Shown here: one piece after another, positions 42,507 to 52,325 of the stretch
Numbering within the stretch: position 1 is the stretch's first letter
Layout of the letters: each line of letters starts with the position of its first letter
NCBI GenBank assembly: GCA_965140785.1
Contig: OZ223510.1
Coordinates: 1 to 64,000 of the forward strand
Source: an uncultured Ruficoccus sp.
Lineage (GTDB): Bacteria; Verrucomicrobiota; Verrucomicrobiia; Opitutales; Cerasicoccaceae
Direction of reading: 5' to 3'
Length of the DNA: 64,000 nt
Program-made: the position numbers and the translations under genes
Notes under the pieces: generated by a model
Databases searched by the model: none
Seen by the model: only the letters and a program-made list of their open reading frames with translations
Told to the model about the DNA's origin: nothing

Positions 42507-43634
42507 ATGGCGCACGTAAGCATCAAAAACCTCGTCAAGGAATACCCTCTGGAGCGCAAAAAGACGTTTCCGGCGGTCAAAGGTATTGACCTGGAAATCC
42601 CCGACCGCGAGTTCATGGTGCTGGTGGGGCCCTCGGGCTGCGGCAAGTCCACCACCATGCGCATGATCGCCGGACTGGAGGAAATAACCGGCGGCACGAT
42701 CAGCATTGACGGGCGCGTCGTCAATGATGTGGCCCCCAAGGACCGTGATATCGCCATGGTTTTCCAGAACTACGCGCTCTATCCGCACATGACGGTCTAT
42801 GAGAACATGTCCTTCGGGCTGAAGCTCATGAAGTACCCAAAGTCGGAAATCCGTCAACGGGTGGGGGAGGCAGCAGAAATCCTCGGCCTGAGCTCCATGC
42901 TGGAGCGCAAGCCCAAGGCGCTATCCGGTGGGCAGCGTCAGCGCGTGGCCCTGGGCCGGGCCATCGTGCGCAAGCCGAAGGTCTTTCTCTTCGACGAGCC
43001 GCTGTCCAACCTCGACGCCAAGATGCGCGTGCAGATGCGCACCGAAATCTCTAAACTCCACAACCGGCTGGAGGCGACCATGATCTATGTGACGCACGAC
43101 CAGGTCGAGGCCATGACGATGGGAGACCGCATTTGCGTGATGAAAAACGGGGAGATCATGCAGGTCGATGGACCCCTCAAGCTCTATAACGATCCGCAAA
43201 ACATGTTCGTGGCCGGATTTATCGGTAGCCCGCCGATGAACGTTTTTACCGGGATGATCGAGGGCGGGGACGGCGGATTGTCCTTCGTTGAAAGAAATGA
43301 AAAGGCTGCGCCGTTCCGACTTTGCCTCGACGACAGTCTGTCCGATCGGGTGGAGGACTACGTTGGTAAAGCAATCGTTTTGGGTATTCGGCCCGAGCAT
43401 ATCAGCGAGGTGCCCGCGGAGGCCGGCCAGACGGCGCATACGCTGCGAGTGCGTGTGGATGTGTCGGAGCCGATGGGGGCGGAGACGTATTTGTATTTCG
43501 ATACGGGGGCGCACACCTTTATCGCTCGGGTTCACAGCGATCATGTGTTTGAGGCCGGTCACGAGGTGACGACCGCTTTCGACATGGCACGGGTGAAGTT
43601 TTTCGACCCGGAGACCGAGCACGTCATCGGGTAG
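42507..43634 (+). CDS. Sugar ABC transporter ATPase (MalK/UgpC/MsmX family)
   Basis: [41 protein letters not shown]-terminal TOBE domain. Confidence 0.95.
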   Translation: MAHVSIKNLVKEYPLERKKTFPAVKGIDLEIPDREFMVLVGPSGCGKSTTMRMIAGLEEITGGTISIDGRVVNDVAPKDRDIAMVFQNYALYPHMTVYENMSFGLKLMKYPKSEIRQRVGEAAEILGLSSMLERKPKALSGGQRQRVALGRAIVRKPKVFLFDEPLSNLDAKMRVQMRTEISKLHNRLEATMIYVTHDQVEAMTMGDRICVMKNGEIMQVDGPLKLYNDPQNMFVAGFIGSPPMNVFTGMIEGGDGGLSFVERNEKAAPFRLCLDDSLSDRVEDYVGKAIVLGIRPEHISEVPAEAGQTAHTLRVRVDVSEPMGAETYLYFDTGAHTFIARVHSDHVFEAGHEVTTAFDMARVKFFDPETEHVIG

Positions 43635-43696
43635 CGGAGCAGCCGGCTTTCGTCCGTCCGCCTGCCCGAGGCGGGCTCAAGAGCTCGGGATCTGGG

Positions 43697-43708
43697 TTAT
43701 TTGTATAA
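43697..43708. promoter_or_regulatory. Locus-2 operator candidate TTATTTGTATAA
   Basis: About 85 bp upstream of the PEP-CTERM gene at 43794. Confidence 0.6.
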
Positions 43709-43793
43709 ATCAGTGCCGCCTTGTGCTTTCGAAACCATAGGCATTGACTGGTATACAGTCATTAAACCCTGATCCTAACACCCTATTACTCCT

Positions 43794-44663
43794 ATGATTA
43801 AGCTAATCTCGCGTACCCTGACGGCTGCTGGACTGGCCCTTTTTTTTGCGGCCGTGGTTCACGCCCAGGTTTCCCTCACCAGCGGGGGATACACGGAGGA
43901 TTTTAACAGCATCCCTGGTTTCTCGGCTTACGGGATCAAGACCTGGACGGACAACAGCACGCTGACCGGTTGGTACAGCCGGACGGAGGGAACCGCCGGT
44001 CAGTACTATCTGGCGACGAATGCGAACAACCAGTCGCCGAATCAGTTCCCGGCTACCCCGACCTCTATCCTGGCTCTGCGCCGCAACAGCAGTAACGCTG
44101 CGCTCGGTGCTGTCAGCAATAACACCTACAGCGGGGTTTTCGGGGCTCAGTTCGTGAACAACACCGGCTCAGCCATCAACGCGCTCACCGTCAGCTACAC
44201 CGGTCAGCAGTGGAGCTGGAGCGACACGGGTGCGAACACCCTGCAGTTCACCTATTCGCTGGACGCCAGCAGCCTGAGCGATGGCGTCTGGTCAGATGTG
44301 AACCAGCTGGACTTCACGGCCCTGTACAGTGGCAATACGGTTCAGGCTCAAGGGCTCCTGGGCGACGGGGACGAGATCTTGGTCGACAACTCTTACGAAA
44401 CCAAAGGGAGCGGGGAAGCCGGCGGGCCCGGCGCGCCCAACTACGTGGAAATTTCCTACACGATCACCGGGCTGTCCATCGATGAGGGAGAAAGCTTCTG
44501 GCTGCGTTGGGCGGATGATTTCTCCGGCTCGGGCGTGGGGCAGGCGCTCGGTATTGATAACCTGAGCGTGACAGCGGTTCCCGAACCAGCCTCCCTGGCG
44601 GCTGCGATGGCATTGGCCGCGTTGGGCGTCGCCGCGATACGCCGCAGACGGAGCCGCGCTTAG
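43794..44663 (+). CDS. PEP-CTERM surface protein (tandem paralog 1)
   Basis: Signal peptide; YTEDFNS...WTDNSTLTGWY; C-terminus VPEPASLAAAMALAALGVAAIRRRRSRA. Confidence 0.93.
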   Translation: MIKLISRTLTAAGLALFFAAVVHAQVSLTSGGYTEDFNSIPGFSAYGIKTWTDNSTLTGWYSRTEGTAGQYYLATNANNQSPNQFPATPTSILALRRNSSNAALGAVSNNTYSGVFGAQFVNNTGSAINALTVSYTGQQWSWSDTGANTLQFTYSLDASSLSDGVWSDVNQLDFTALYSGNTVQAQGLLGDGDEILVDNSYETKGSGEAGGPGAPNYVEISYTITGLSIDEGESFWLRWADDFSGSGVGQALGIDNLSVTAVPEPASLAAAMALAALGVAAIRRRRSRA

Positions 44664-44729
44664 TTGTTGCTGTGCGGTGAGGGTCCGGCCCCTGCGGCCA
44701 AGCCCTCGTTCGCATGAGCGGATGCTCGT

Positions 44730-44741
44730 TTATATGTATAT
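44730..44741. promoter_or_regulatory. Locus-2 operator candidate TTATATGTATAT
   Basis: One mismatch to the consensus; upstream of the PEP-CTERM gene at 44817. Confidence 0.5.
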
Positions 44742-44816
44742 GCCAGCATCCCGTTGTCTTTTCAAACCGCTGAACGTTCAATTTTCCTAAACCCAAAATA
44801 ACAACCCGATATTCCA

Positions 44817-45683
44817 ATGATCAATCTTATCTCACGCTCAACGATGGCGGCCACAGCTATCATTTTTTCTACGGCCCTTCTTCACGGGCAGGTTTCCCTC
44901 ACCAGTGCAGGCTATACCCAGGATTTCAACAGCATTCCGGGTGCCGACTCCCCAGGCCTGCACCCCTGGACGGATAACAGCACGATCACCGGCTGGTACG
45001 CCTATACTGTCGATGCTGAAAACAGCTATTATCGCGCCTCGAATGCGAATAACCAATGGCCGCACAGTGGCAGTGACGCTACCTCCCTCTTCGCCTTCCG
45101 TCCCAACGGGACCGAGGCCGCACTGGGCTCGATCAGCAACAGCACCTACAGCGCGGTTTTAGGGGCGCAGTTTATCAACAACACCGGGTCGGTCATCACC
45201 TCGCTGACGATCAGCTATACCGGTGAACAGTGGAACTGGAATACCGCTACAGTCAGCAACACGCTCCAGTTTACCTTCTCTACGGACGCCACCAGCCTGA
45301 CCGATGGCAATTGGACCGACTATGATGACGGCGATTTCGCGGCCTTGTATTCTAGCGGATCCGGTGCCGGTCTCAACGGTAACAGTGACACGATCTTCGA
45401 TGGCAGCTCTTATGTGGAAAAAACTGCCGGACAAGCGGGCGGTCCGGGAGCGGTGAACTATACCGACATCACCGTGACCATTTCGGGGCTGTCGATTGGT
45501 GAAGGCGAAAGCTTCTGGATCCGCTGGTCGGATGATTTCTCCGGCACGAGCGGAAACGGCCAGGGCCTCGGCATCGACGACATGACCGTCACGTCCGTTC
45601 CTGAGCCGGGTTCGATCGCAGCTATGATGGCCCTTGCGGCCCTCGCTGTAGCCACTTGGCGCCGCCGGATGACTCGGCGCTAG
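44817..45683 (+). CDS. PEP-CTERM surface protein (tandem paralog 2)
   Basis: Colinear with the 43794 gene; C-terminus VPEPGSIAAMMALAALAVATWRRRMTRR. Confidence 0.93.
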   Translation: MINLISRSTMAATAIIFSTALLHGQVSLTSAGYTQDFNSIPGADSPGLHPWTDNSTITGWYAYTVDAENSYYRASNANNQWPHSGSDATSLFAFRPNGTEAALGSISNSTYSAVLGAQFINNTGSVITSLTISYTGEQWNWNTATVSNTLQFTFSTDATSLTDGNWTDYDDGDFAALYSSGSGAGLNGNSDTIFDGSSYVEKTAGQAGGPGAVNYTDITVTISGLSIGEGESFWIRWSDDFSGTSGNGQGLGIDDMTVTSVPEPGSIAAMMALAALAVATWRRRMTRR

Positions 45684-45823
45684 CTTTAGGGTATCATCTT
45701 TTTTATCGCCCGGTAAGGGTTGCTGCATCCGCGTTTCGCCAGTAAGCGTGCGGGTAGTGGCAACGCCTGTCTCCGCGGGCCGGGTCCCAACCGCATATCA
45801 TTGTACAAGACGCACACACATCC

Positions 45824-47305
45824 ATGAGGGTTAGATCAGGAATAAGGGTTATAGGAGCGGCGGTGAGTTTACTGCTGCTGACAGGAGGGTGGCTTCGGGG
45901 ACAGGATAGGCAACGGGAGGCAGTGACGGAGAATCTGGCCCGATTGGAGTCGCTATACCAGGGTGTGCTGCCCTGGTTGGCGCGGCTCTACGATCCGGCC
46001 AGCGGCGGGTTTTATGAAACGTTGAGCCTGCGCGAGGGCAGGGAACCGGGTGAGTACGGTCCGGACATTCAATCCACTTACTTTGCCATCCAAATACTCT
46101 CGCAGGCCGGCCTCCTCTCGGAAGCCCCGGCCCCCGTTCGCGCCAAGCTGGTCGAGTATTTCCAGTCGAGACAGGACCGGCAGACTGGTTACTTCGTCGA
46201 TCACGACTATCCGGGGATGGTCGATAATCTGCGGGTGATGGGACGGGCCCTGCAGTTTTCCACCAACGGCTTGGACTATCTGAAGGCGGAGCCGCTGTAT
46301 CCGCTGCCGGGCCAAAGCCGGAGTTCCGCGGCCCCCCAAGCTTCTCCCGATGGAAAAGCGCTGTCCCCGCCCAAGGTAGCGCCCGAGCCTGTGCCGGGCT
46401 CGAATGCCAAGCCTGCCGAGGAGACATCGGCGGCGCCTCAGCCGAAAAAGAGTGGCCCGCCAAACGCTGCTCCCGAGGTGTCCATGCAGGGAAGCAGAGT
46501 GGTTACCGCGCTTAGTTCGAAATCGCTTATGGGCTCCGCTCCGACAGAGCCGGTTAAGCTTGATGGCACCTCTGATGCCAGCCCAAGCTGGCCGGTGGAG
46601 GAAGGGAGCAATGTTCCGGCCTTTCTGACCTCCCGGGAGGCTCTGATCGGGTGGCTGGACGGACGCCCCTGGGATTTCGCCTGGACGGCGTTGGATCATA
46701 TCTCGGCGCAGGCGCAGCTCATCATGAACCAGCCCCCGGCGTTGCGGGAGGCGGCTACGGAAGTGATTCTAACGTACGTGATCGACCGGCAGGACCCGCA
46801 AACCGGCCTGGTCGGCGGTGGCCCGCCGGAAGTGCGCCTCTCTGGAGGATTCAAGCTGGTCGCTTTCTGCCAAAAGCTGCATCGGCCCGTACCCCGTGCG
46901 GAAGTCTTGCAGCAAACCGTCATCGAGTGGTTCCGGCAGGGTCCGGAAACCGACCGCATTTTCTTTATCCGCAATACCTGCGAAATGCTGGGCATGCTGG
47001 TTCGCCAGACCGGCCAGCCTCTGACGGAGGAGGAACTGGCGGATGTGGTCGGGGTGGCCGTCGTGGAGCTGGAGCGCTTTCGCCAGCCGGACGGTTCTTT
47101 TTCCACCTATCCAGACCGTTTCTACATCTGCCCGAACGATCTCTACCTGGGTAAAAACAAGATCACTGCTCAGGACGGCCCACAGAGTGACCTGAACGCC
47201 ACTTCCAGCGCCATGGCGGCCCGGCGGTCGCTGTACCGGCTGGCCGACAGGCCGAAGCCAGCCCTCCAGATGCCCGATTTCTGGAGAGTGGCCCAGGAGC
47301 AATAA
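45824..47305 (+). CDS. Secreted hypothetical protein, helical-repeat-like, with Pro/Ala/Ser-rich insert
   Basis: Signal peptide; repeated motifs YDPASGGF / QDRQTGYF / QDPQTGLV / RQPDGSF reminiscent of (alpha/alpha)-barrel prenyltransferase-type repeats. Confidence 0.65.
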   Translation: MRVRSGIRVIGAAVSLLLLTGGWLRGQDRQREAVTENLARLESLYQGVLPWLARLYDPASGGFYETLSLREGREPGEYGPDIQSTYFAIQILSQAGLLSEAPAPVRAKLVEYFQSRQDRQTGYFVDHDYPGMVDNLRVMGRALQFSTNGLDYLKAEPLYPLPGQSRSSAAPQASPDGKALSPPKVAPEPVPGSNAKPAEETSAAPQPKKSGPPNAAPEVSMQGSRVVTALSSKSLMGSAPTEPVKLDGTSDASPSWPVEEGSNVPAFLTSREALIGWLDGRPWDFAWTALDHISAQAQLIMNQPPALREAATEVILTYVIDRQDPQTGLVGGGPPEVRLSGGFKLVAFCQKLHRPVPRAEVLQQTVIEWFRQGPETDRIFFIRNTCEMLGMLVRQTGQPLTEEELADVVGVAVVELERFRQPDGSFSTYPDRFYICPNDLYLGKNKITAQDGPQSDLNATSSAMAARRSLYRLADRPKPALQMPDFWRVAQEQ

Positions 47306-47442
47306 ATCCTGGACCCTGAGCAGGGAGGCGGCGGCAATGGATTGCGCGCTAGTCGCTGCTCGGCTGTGTGTATGGGTAGAGTGAATACGGCTTGCATTGG
47401 GAAGAGATGAGCCAGGGAACCGGAAGCACGATTCATTCAGAC

Positions 47443-47475
47443 AAAAAAGCCCCGATCCCTATCGGGGATCGGGGC
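47443..47475 (-). terminator. Rho-independent terminator
   Basis: GCCCCGATCCC/GGGATCGGGGC 11-bp stem followed by T6 on the minus strand, downstream of the 52103-to-47532 gene run. Confidence 0.8.
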
Positions 47476-47531
47476 GCCTGATCGCGGGAGGACTGCTCGG
47501 GGGCTGCTTCCCTGTCTACAAAGAACGTGAT

Positions 47532-48368
47532 CTAATTGAGGGGAGATATCTCGACCTCGTAGATGGAAAAATGCACGCTGTCGCCGCTCTCCTTGGTTTG
47601 GGCCTGGAAGGCGATCGCGCTCTCAGCAGGAGCCCAGTCTTCTTCTTTGGCGCGGTAGCGCAGCCCCTCTGCGCTGACCGAATCCCGCCCATCCGAGACG
47701 GAGATGTCGTAGGTTCCTTTTTTCGGGTAATTCTTGATCGTGATTTCGTAGGTCTTGCCAATTTTGACGGACATGCCTTTGCCCCAGCCGCCGATCTCCT
47801 CCATCTTCTTGCCGGAGAATGCCCCGCCGTTGGCGTCCCCGTGGTAGGCGGCCCATCTCCAGTCGGAGGGTGTCTTGCCGATGGTGCGTACGGCCCAAGT
47901 GGAATCGATGGTGAAGTTTGTCCGGGGTCGGTCACCGCCGAAAGCGCCGACGAAGTCTGAAGAGACGTCGAAGCCCTCCGCCTTGTTCACCTGGATTTTA
48001 AACCGGATCGTATGCGGACGGTCGGCGTCGCGGTACTTGCGCATGACCGAGGCATTATTGTATTCTTGGCTCGGTGAGCCAACCTGCATGTCAAATGCGA
48101 GGTGCGAGGGACGGGGCGTCTCCTCGAGCTGGAGGCTCAGGGTGATGTTGCGGGCGTGGCTGGGGATGCTCCATCCGTCCGACCAGCCCGAGCCTTTGGA
48201 GCCGGGATACTGATTGGGCTGGCGATTGCCGGTGCCATCGGAAAAGTCGGTCCTGGCCTCCTGAGCCGTTAGGGAGAGCGCGGTGACGGCGCTCAGCGTG
48301 CCGGCCAGTACGGCTGCACGGGCCAGCGTCTTGATACGGGAGTGGTGTCTTTTTTTCATGGGATTCAA
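47532..48368 (-). CDS. Secreted hypothetical protein, Trp/Gly-rich beta-sandwich (lectin-like?)
   Basis: Signal peptide ending SLTA; begins 6 bp after the GH10 stop; beta-strand-rich pattern. Confidence 0.6.
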   Translation of the reverse strand: MNPMKKRHHSRIKTLARAAVLAGTLSAVTALSLTAQEARTDFSDGTGNRQPNQYPGSKGSGWSDGWSIPSHARNITLSLQLEETPRPSHLAFDMQVGSPSQEYNNASVMRKYRDADRPHTIRFKIQVNKAEGFDVSSDFVGAFGGDRPRTNFTIDSTWAVRTIGKTPSDWRWAAYHGDANGGAFSGKKMEEIGGWGKGMSVKIGKTYEITIKNYPKKGTYDISVSDGRDSVSAEGLRYRAKEEDWAPAESAIAFQAQTKESGDSVHFSIYEVEISPLN

Positions 48369-48374
48369 GTAAGG

Positions 48375-50174
48375 CTATTGTTGAGTTTGGATCTCGAGGT
48401 TGAGCGGGGATTCATCGAGGCTGGCTTCCCGCGTATCGACGACTTTTTCCCCGATCAGCGTTGTGATCCGGTAGTCGCCCTTGAAGCCGCGGGCGTTCCA
48501 GGCACCGTCGCTGCCGGTCTGGCCGGAGGTCTGCGTCCACCATTCCCCGCGCACGAGGTCGAGGTAGGCGCGTCCGGCGGGGCGGATTTTCCAGTCGAGG
48601 GTCCAGAGGGCGGCGGTGGGTTTCCAGTGGCGGCCTTCCCAGAAGCCCCACATCTGGATGCCGGTGACGGAGGGATGGCTGAAGGCGGCGGTGTAGAAGT
48701 CGCGCAGGTAGGCGGCTTGGAAATCGTCGTTGGCGGTGTCGATGTCGAATTCGGTCACCTCGATGTCGAGACCGAGTTCTTCCAGGCGGTCGAGTGTTTC
48801 AATGATCTGCGCCGGGGGCGTGACGACCCAGCCGTTGTAGTGGCATTGGATGCCGATGCCGTCGATGGGCGCGCCCTCGTCGAGGAGGTATTGCGCGGTG
48901 CTTTCCAGCACACCGATGCGGAAGTCCGGACTGAAGGTCAGCGCCTCGTTCAGAAAGAGCCGTCCCTGCGGCAGCCATTTGCGGGCCTCCTTGAAAACTT
49001 CGACCATGAAGCTCTCGCCACCCAGCAAATCGAGGATGTCGTGGTTGGTGCGCGGCTCGTTGATGACGTCCCACTCCTGCACGTAAGGACCGGTCGCCAC
49101 GAGGATGTCCTTGACGTGTTCCATGATCAACTGCCGCAGGCGGTCGGGGTCGGAGGCCGCCTCGCTCAGGTAGTCCGGCGTGCGCCCGCGGTTGAAGGTA
49201 GGCCAGAGCAGAACATGGCCGCGCATCTGGGTCATCCCGTTTTGCTGGAGCCACTCCAGCCCGTGCAGGGTCCGCTCCCGGGTTTCGGTCCACGTCGGCC
49301 ACTTGAGATCGTTTTCCGTGCCACAGGTGTCGAAGTTATTTAAGAGAATACTCTGGTACATGGCGGTATCGGCAGCGTCAGAGTAAGCGAGCACTTGCTT
49401 AATGGAAATCGCGGTGCCAAAGCCGAAGGCGTGGCGGGTCTGCTCCAGACGGACCGTGGCGTTCGGGACGGGGTTGCCGGATGCGTCAGTCACGACAATG
49501 CGTACGTCCTGCTTACGGTATTTCTCGATCCGCACCTGGGCTTTGCGGCGCCAGTCTGCCTCGGCCTCGTGGCCCTCGTACATTTCGGGAGTGGTGGCGG
49601 GAAGGGTAGACAGCTCGGTGTCGCGTGGCAGGCGCAGTAGTTGGAGGTCCTTGATCTCGATGGTCTGGGCGTCGTAGCCGAGGCGCAGGTTCAGGTTGAG
49701 CTCTCCCTTGCCATAGTCCCTGCCGACCCGGCCCGGCACAAAGAGCTCCTTCCACTCACTGACGGCGGGGAAGCGCGCCCAGATGGTTTTGGTATAGGGG
49801 GACTGACCCATTTCGACCAAGGTGCCGATCTGTCCGACGCCGCTTTCGGCCAGTGTCTCCAGGCAGCGGACCTTGAACCGCAGCAGGAGCGCGTCGCCGG
49901 GCTTGAAGCTTTCCGGCAGCGTAGCGCGCAGCTGGATAGCGCTGTCACTGGAGGGGCGCGGGCCAAACGTCTGGAGACGCAGGAGCCCGTCCGGGTTGCC
50001 ATTGGCTGGCGTTATGGTCACAGCTTCCGCATTCGGGTAGGCGCGGAAATTCCCGATCTCCACCGGCACGGCGTCGTCAGGGATACGTTTGGTTTCCTGG
50101 GCTGACAGGCCGGGAAGTGCCGTTAAGCAAGCGAGGCCCACGAGCAAGCGGGCGGCATGGTCAAAGGTAAACAT
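48375..50174 (-). CDS. Secreted GH10-fold glycoside hydrolase (paralog 2)
   Basis: Signal peptide; TENDLKW, RGHVLLW, WDVINEP, EVTEFD. Confidence 0.88.
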   Translation of the reverse strand: MFTFDHAARLLVGLACLTALPGLSAQETKRIPDDAVPVEIGNFRAYPNAEAVTITPANGNPDGLLRLQTFGPRPSSDSAIQLRATLPESFKPGDALLLRFKVRCLETLAESGVGQIGTLVEMGQSPYTKTIWARFPAVSEWKELFVPGRVGRDYGKGELNLNLRLGYDAQTIEIKDLQLLRLPRDTELSTLPATTPEMYEGHEAEADWRRKAQVRIEKYRKQDVRIVVTDASGNPVPNATVRLEQTRHAFGFGTAISIKQVLAYSDAADTAMYQSILLNNFDTCGTENDLKWPTWTETRERTLHGLEWLQQNGMTQMRGHVLLWPTFNRGRTPDYLSEAASDPDRLRQLIMEHVKDILVATGPYVQEWDVINEPRTNHDILDLLGGESFMVEVFKEARKWLPQGRLFLNEALTFSPDFRIGVLESTAQYLLDEGAPIDGIGIQCHYNGWVVTPPAQIIETLDRLEELGLDIEVTEFDIDTANDDFQAAYLRDFYTAAFSHPSVTGIQMWGFWEGRHWKPTAALWTLDWKIRPAGRAYLDLVRGEWWTQTSGQTGSDGAWNARGFKGDYRITTLIGEKVVDTREASLDESPLNLEIQTQQ

Positions 50175-50291
50175 AATGGGTAAATTCTCTGGGTTATCTG
50201 GCTGTAAGTTTAGTTGTGGGAGTGGAGGGACTCGGCTGTATTTGCAAAACAACTCACGTCGCATGCTCGTTCCCTATTTTGCATACACAGC

Positions 50292-52103
50292 CTAGAGTTT
50301 GATCTGCACCTGGGCGGGTGTTTCACCCAGGGTGAGTTCACGGACATTTACCACGGTTTCGCCGATGAGGATAGTGACACGGTACTGCCCCTTGAAGCCG
50401 CGGGTGGTCCAGGCGCCGGTGCTGTCGGTCTGGCCGGACTCCTGCGTCCACCATTCTCCGCGCACCAGGTCGAGGTAGGCTTGTCCGGAGGGGCGGATGT
50501 TCCAGTTCTCGGCCCAGGGAGCGGCGTCGGGTAGCCAGTGCCGTCCGGCCCAGAAGCCCCACATCTGGATGCCGGTCACAGCCGGGTGGCTGAAAACCGC
50601 CGTGTAGAAGTCGCGCAGGTAGCGCGCGCGGAACGTGTCGCTGGGCGAGGCCAGGTCGAATTCCGTCACTTCAATATCGACGCCCAGTTTAGCCAGGCGA
50701 TCGAGCGTGCTGAGAATCTGCTCAGGCGGGGTGACCTCCCAGGCGCCGTAGTGACACTGCACGCCGAGACCGTCGAGCGGGGCTCCCTCGTCGAGCAGGT
50801 AGCGGGCCGTCTCTTCAAAGGCATCCATCCGGCTGTCGGCGGTGAGGGTGAGGGCTTCGTTGAGAAAAAGCCGGCCTTCGGGCAGCCATTTACGAGCCTC
50901 GTCAAAGACTTCTAGCATGAAGGAGCGGCCGCCGAGGATGTCCAATATCTGGTGGTTGTTGCGGGGTTCATTGATGACGTCCCACTCCTGGACATAAGGG
51001 GCGGTCGCGGTGAGGATGTCCTGGACGTGCTCCAGGATCACTGACCGGAGTTTTACCGGGTCGTCGGCGTACTGCTGGAGCCAGCCCGGGGTACGCCGGT
51101 CCACAAAGCTGGGCCAAAGCAGGACGTGGCCGCGCATCTGGTCAAAGCCCCGCTCCTTCAGCCACTCCAGTCCTTGCAGGGTTTTCTCACGGTGCATTTC
51201 CCAGCCGGGCCACTTGAGGTCGTTCTCGGTGCCGCAGGTGTCAAAGTTGTGCAGCAGCACGCTCTGGTACATGGCACGATCTGCCGCGTCGCCTGTGCCA
51301 ATGAGGTACTTGACCGCGATGGCGGTACCGAAGCCGAAGGCGTGGCGGGTCTGCTCCAGGCGGACGGTGGCCTCGGGCACAGGGTTTCCGTCGTTGTCGA
51401 CGACTTGTATCTGTACGTCTTGCTTGCGGTACTTGTCGATGCGTTGTTGGGCAGCCTGGCGCCAGGCCGCGTCCTTTTCATGGCCGGAATAGAGAGGCGG
51501 CTCGGTGGAGGGGACGGCGTAGAAGTCGGTTGCTTCAGGCAGGAGCCAGAGCTTGATGTCCTTTATTTCGAGGGTCTGCGCGGGGTAGCCGAGGCGGAAT
51601 TTCAGGATGACGCGGCCCGCCGCGTAATCCCGCCGGGTGACCCGGCCCTTGAGGGTCAGGGTCTGCCACTCGGGACCGACTTCGAAACCATGGCGGGACC
51701 AGATGAATTTTTTGTAGGGGGGCTCGTCCACCTCGACGAGGGGAGATATCCGGCCCAAACCATTATCCGACTCGCTGTGAGGACAGCGGACCTTGAAGCT
51801 CAGGACGACGATGTCTCCCACGTTGAACGCGGTGTCCAGCGTGTAGCTGATCTGGTCGCCTCTGTCGTGCGCGGGGGCCGGGCCATCGACGGTGATTTGA
51901 AGCGTCTGTGGGCCGGGGGCGTCCGTGCCGGGAAGCCAAGTCAGCTTGGCCCGCGGGGAAGCCACTGTGAATTGGCCGGACTGGGGGCCCGTGAAAATCG
52001 GATCGGTGCCTTTGAGGGAATTGTCACCTTCTTTCCCCGCCACGGCGATCAGACTGGAGATGATAAGCGCGAGGACGGAAACGACGGGATAGGGTAAGCT
52101 CAT
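50292..52103 (-). CDS. Secreted GH10-fold glycoside hydrolase (paralog 3)
   Basis: Signal peptide; TENDLKW, RGHVLLW, WDVINEP, EVTEFD. Confidence 0.88.
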   Translation of the reverse strand: MSLPYPVVSVLALIISSLIAVAGKEGDNSLKGTDPIFTGPQSGQFTVASPRAKLTWLPGTDAPGPQTLQITVDGPAPAHDRGDQISYTLDTAFNVGDIVVLSFKVRCPHSESDNGLGRISPLVEVDEPPYKKFIWSRHGFEVGPEWQTLTLKGRVTRRDYAAGRVILKFRLGYPAQTLEIKDIKLWLLPEATDFYAVPSTEPPLYSGHEKDAAWRQAAQQRIDKYRKQDVQIQVVDNDGNPVPEATVRLEQTRHAFGFGTAIAVKYLIGTGDAADRAMYQSVLLHNFDTCGTENDLKWPGWEMHREKTLQGLEWLKERGFDQMRGHVLLWPSFVDRRTPGWLQQYADDPVKLRSVILEHVQDILTATAPYVQEWDVINEPRNNHQILDILGGRSFMLEVFDEARKWLPEGRLFLNEALTLTADSRMDAFEETARYLLDEGAPLDGLGVQCHYGAWEVTPPEQILSTLDRLAKLGVDIEVTEFDLASPSDTFRARYLRDFYTAVFSHPAVTGIQMWGFWAGRHWLPDAAPWAENWNIRPSGQAYLDLVRGEWWTQESGQTDSTGAWTTRGFKGQYRVTILIGETVVNVRELTLGETPAQVQIKL

Positions 52104-52184
52104 GGGCAGGTCTTTGATAGAGGGGGGCAGGGGTTGGCCCTTACCGTATCGAAACGGGGTGGAAGGAAGAAACACTTCCGGTTT

Positions 52185-52267
52185 TTATACAAATAAACTG
52201 GAGGATGCCTGAAAATGGCGAAGCGGGTGATTTCTGCCGGATTCAACCCCACCAATTATATGTATAA
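52185..52267. promoter_or_regulatory. Two locus-2 operator candidates: TTATACAAATAA (52185-52196) and TTATATGTATAA (52256-52267)
   Basis: Divergent region between GH10 paralog 3 and the prepilin-like gene. Confidence 0.65.
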
Positions 52268-52325
52268 ATTTCATTGAAGCTGTGCGACATTAATGACCAT
52301 GGTAAGGTGCTGTCCATTGGAACGC

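Noticed and set aside
39299..52103. Diversity-generating retroelement TR/VR explanation for the GH10 3' repeats
   Set aside because: No reverse transcriptase; differences are mostly synonymous and not adenine-specific; all copies lie in full-length paralogous genes.
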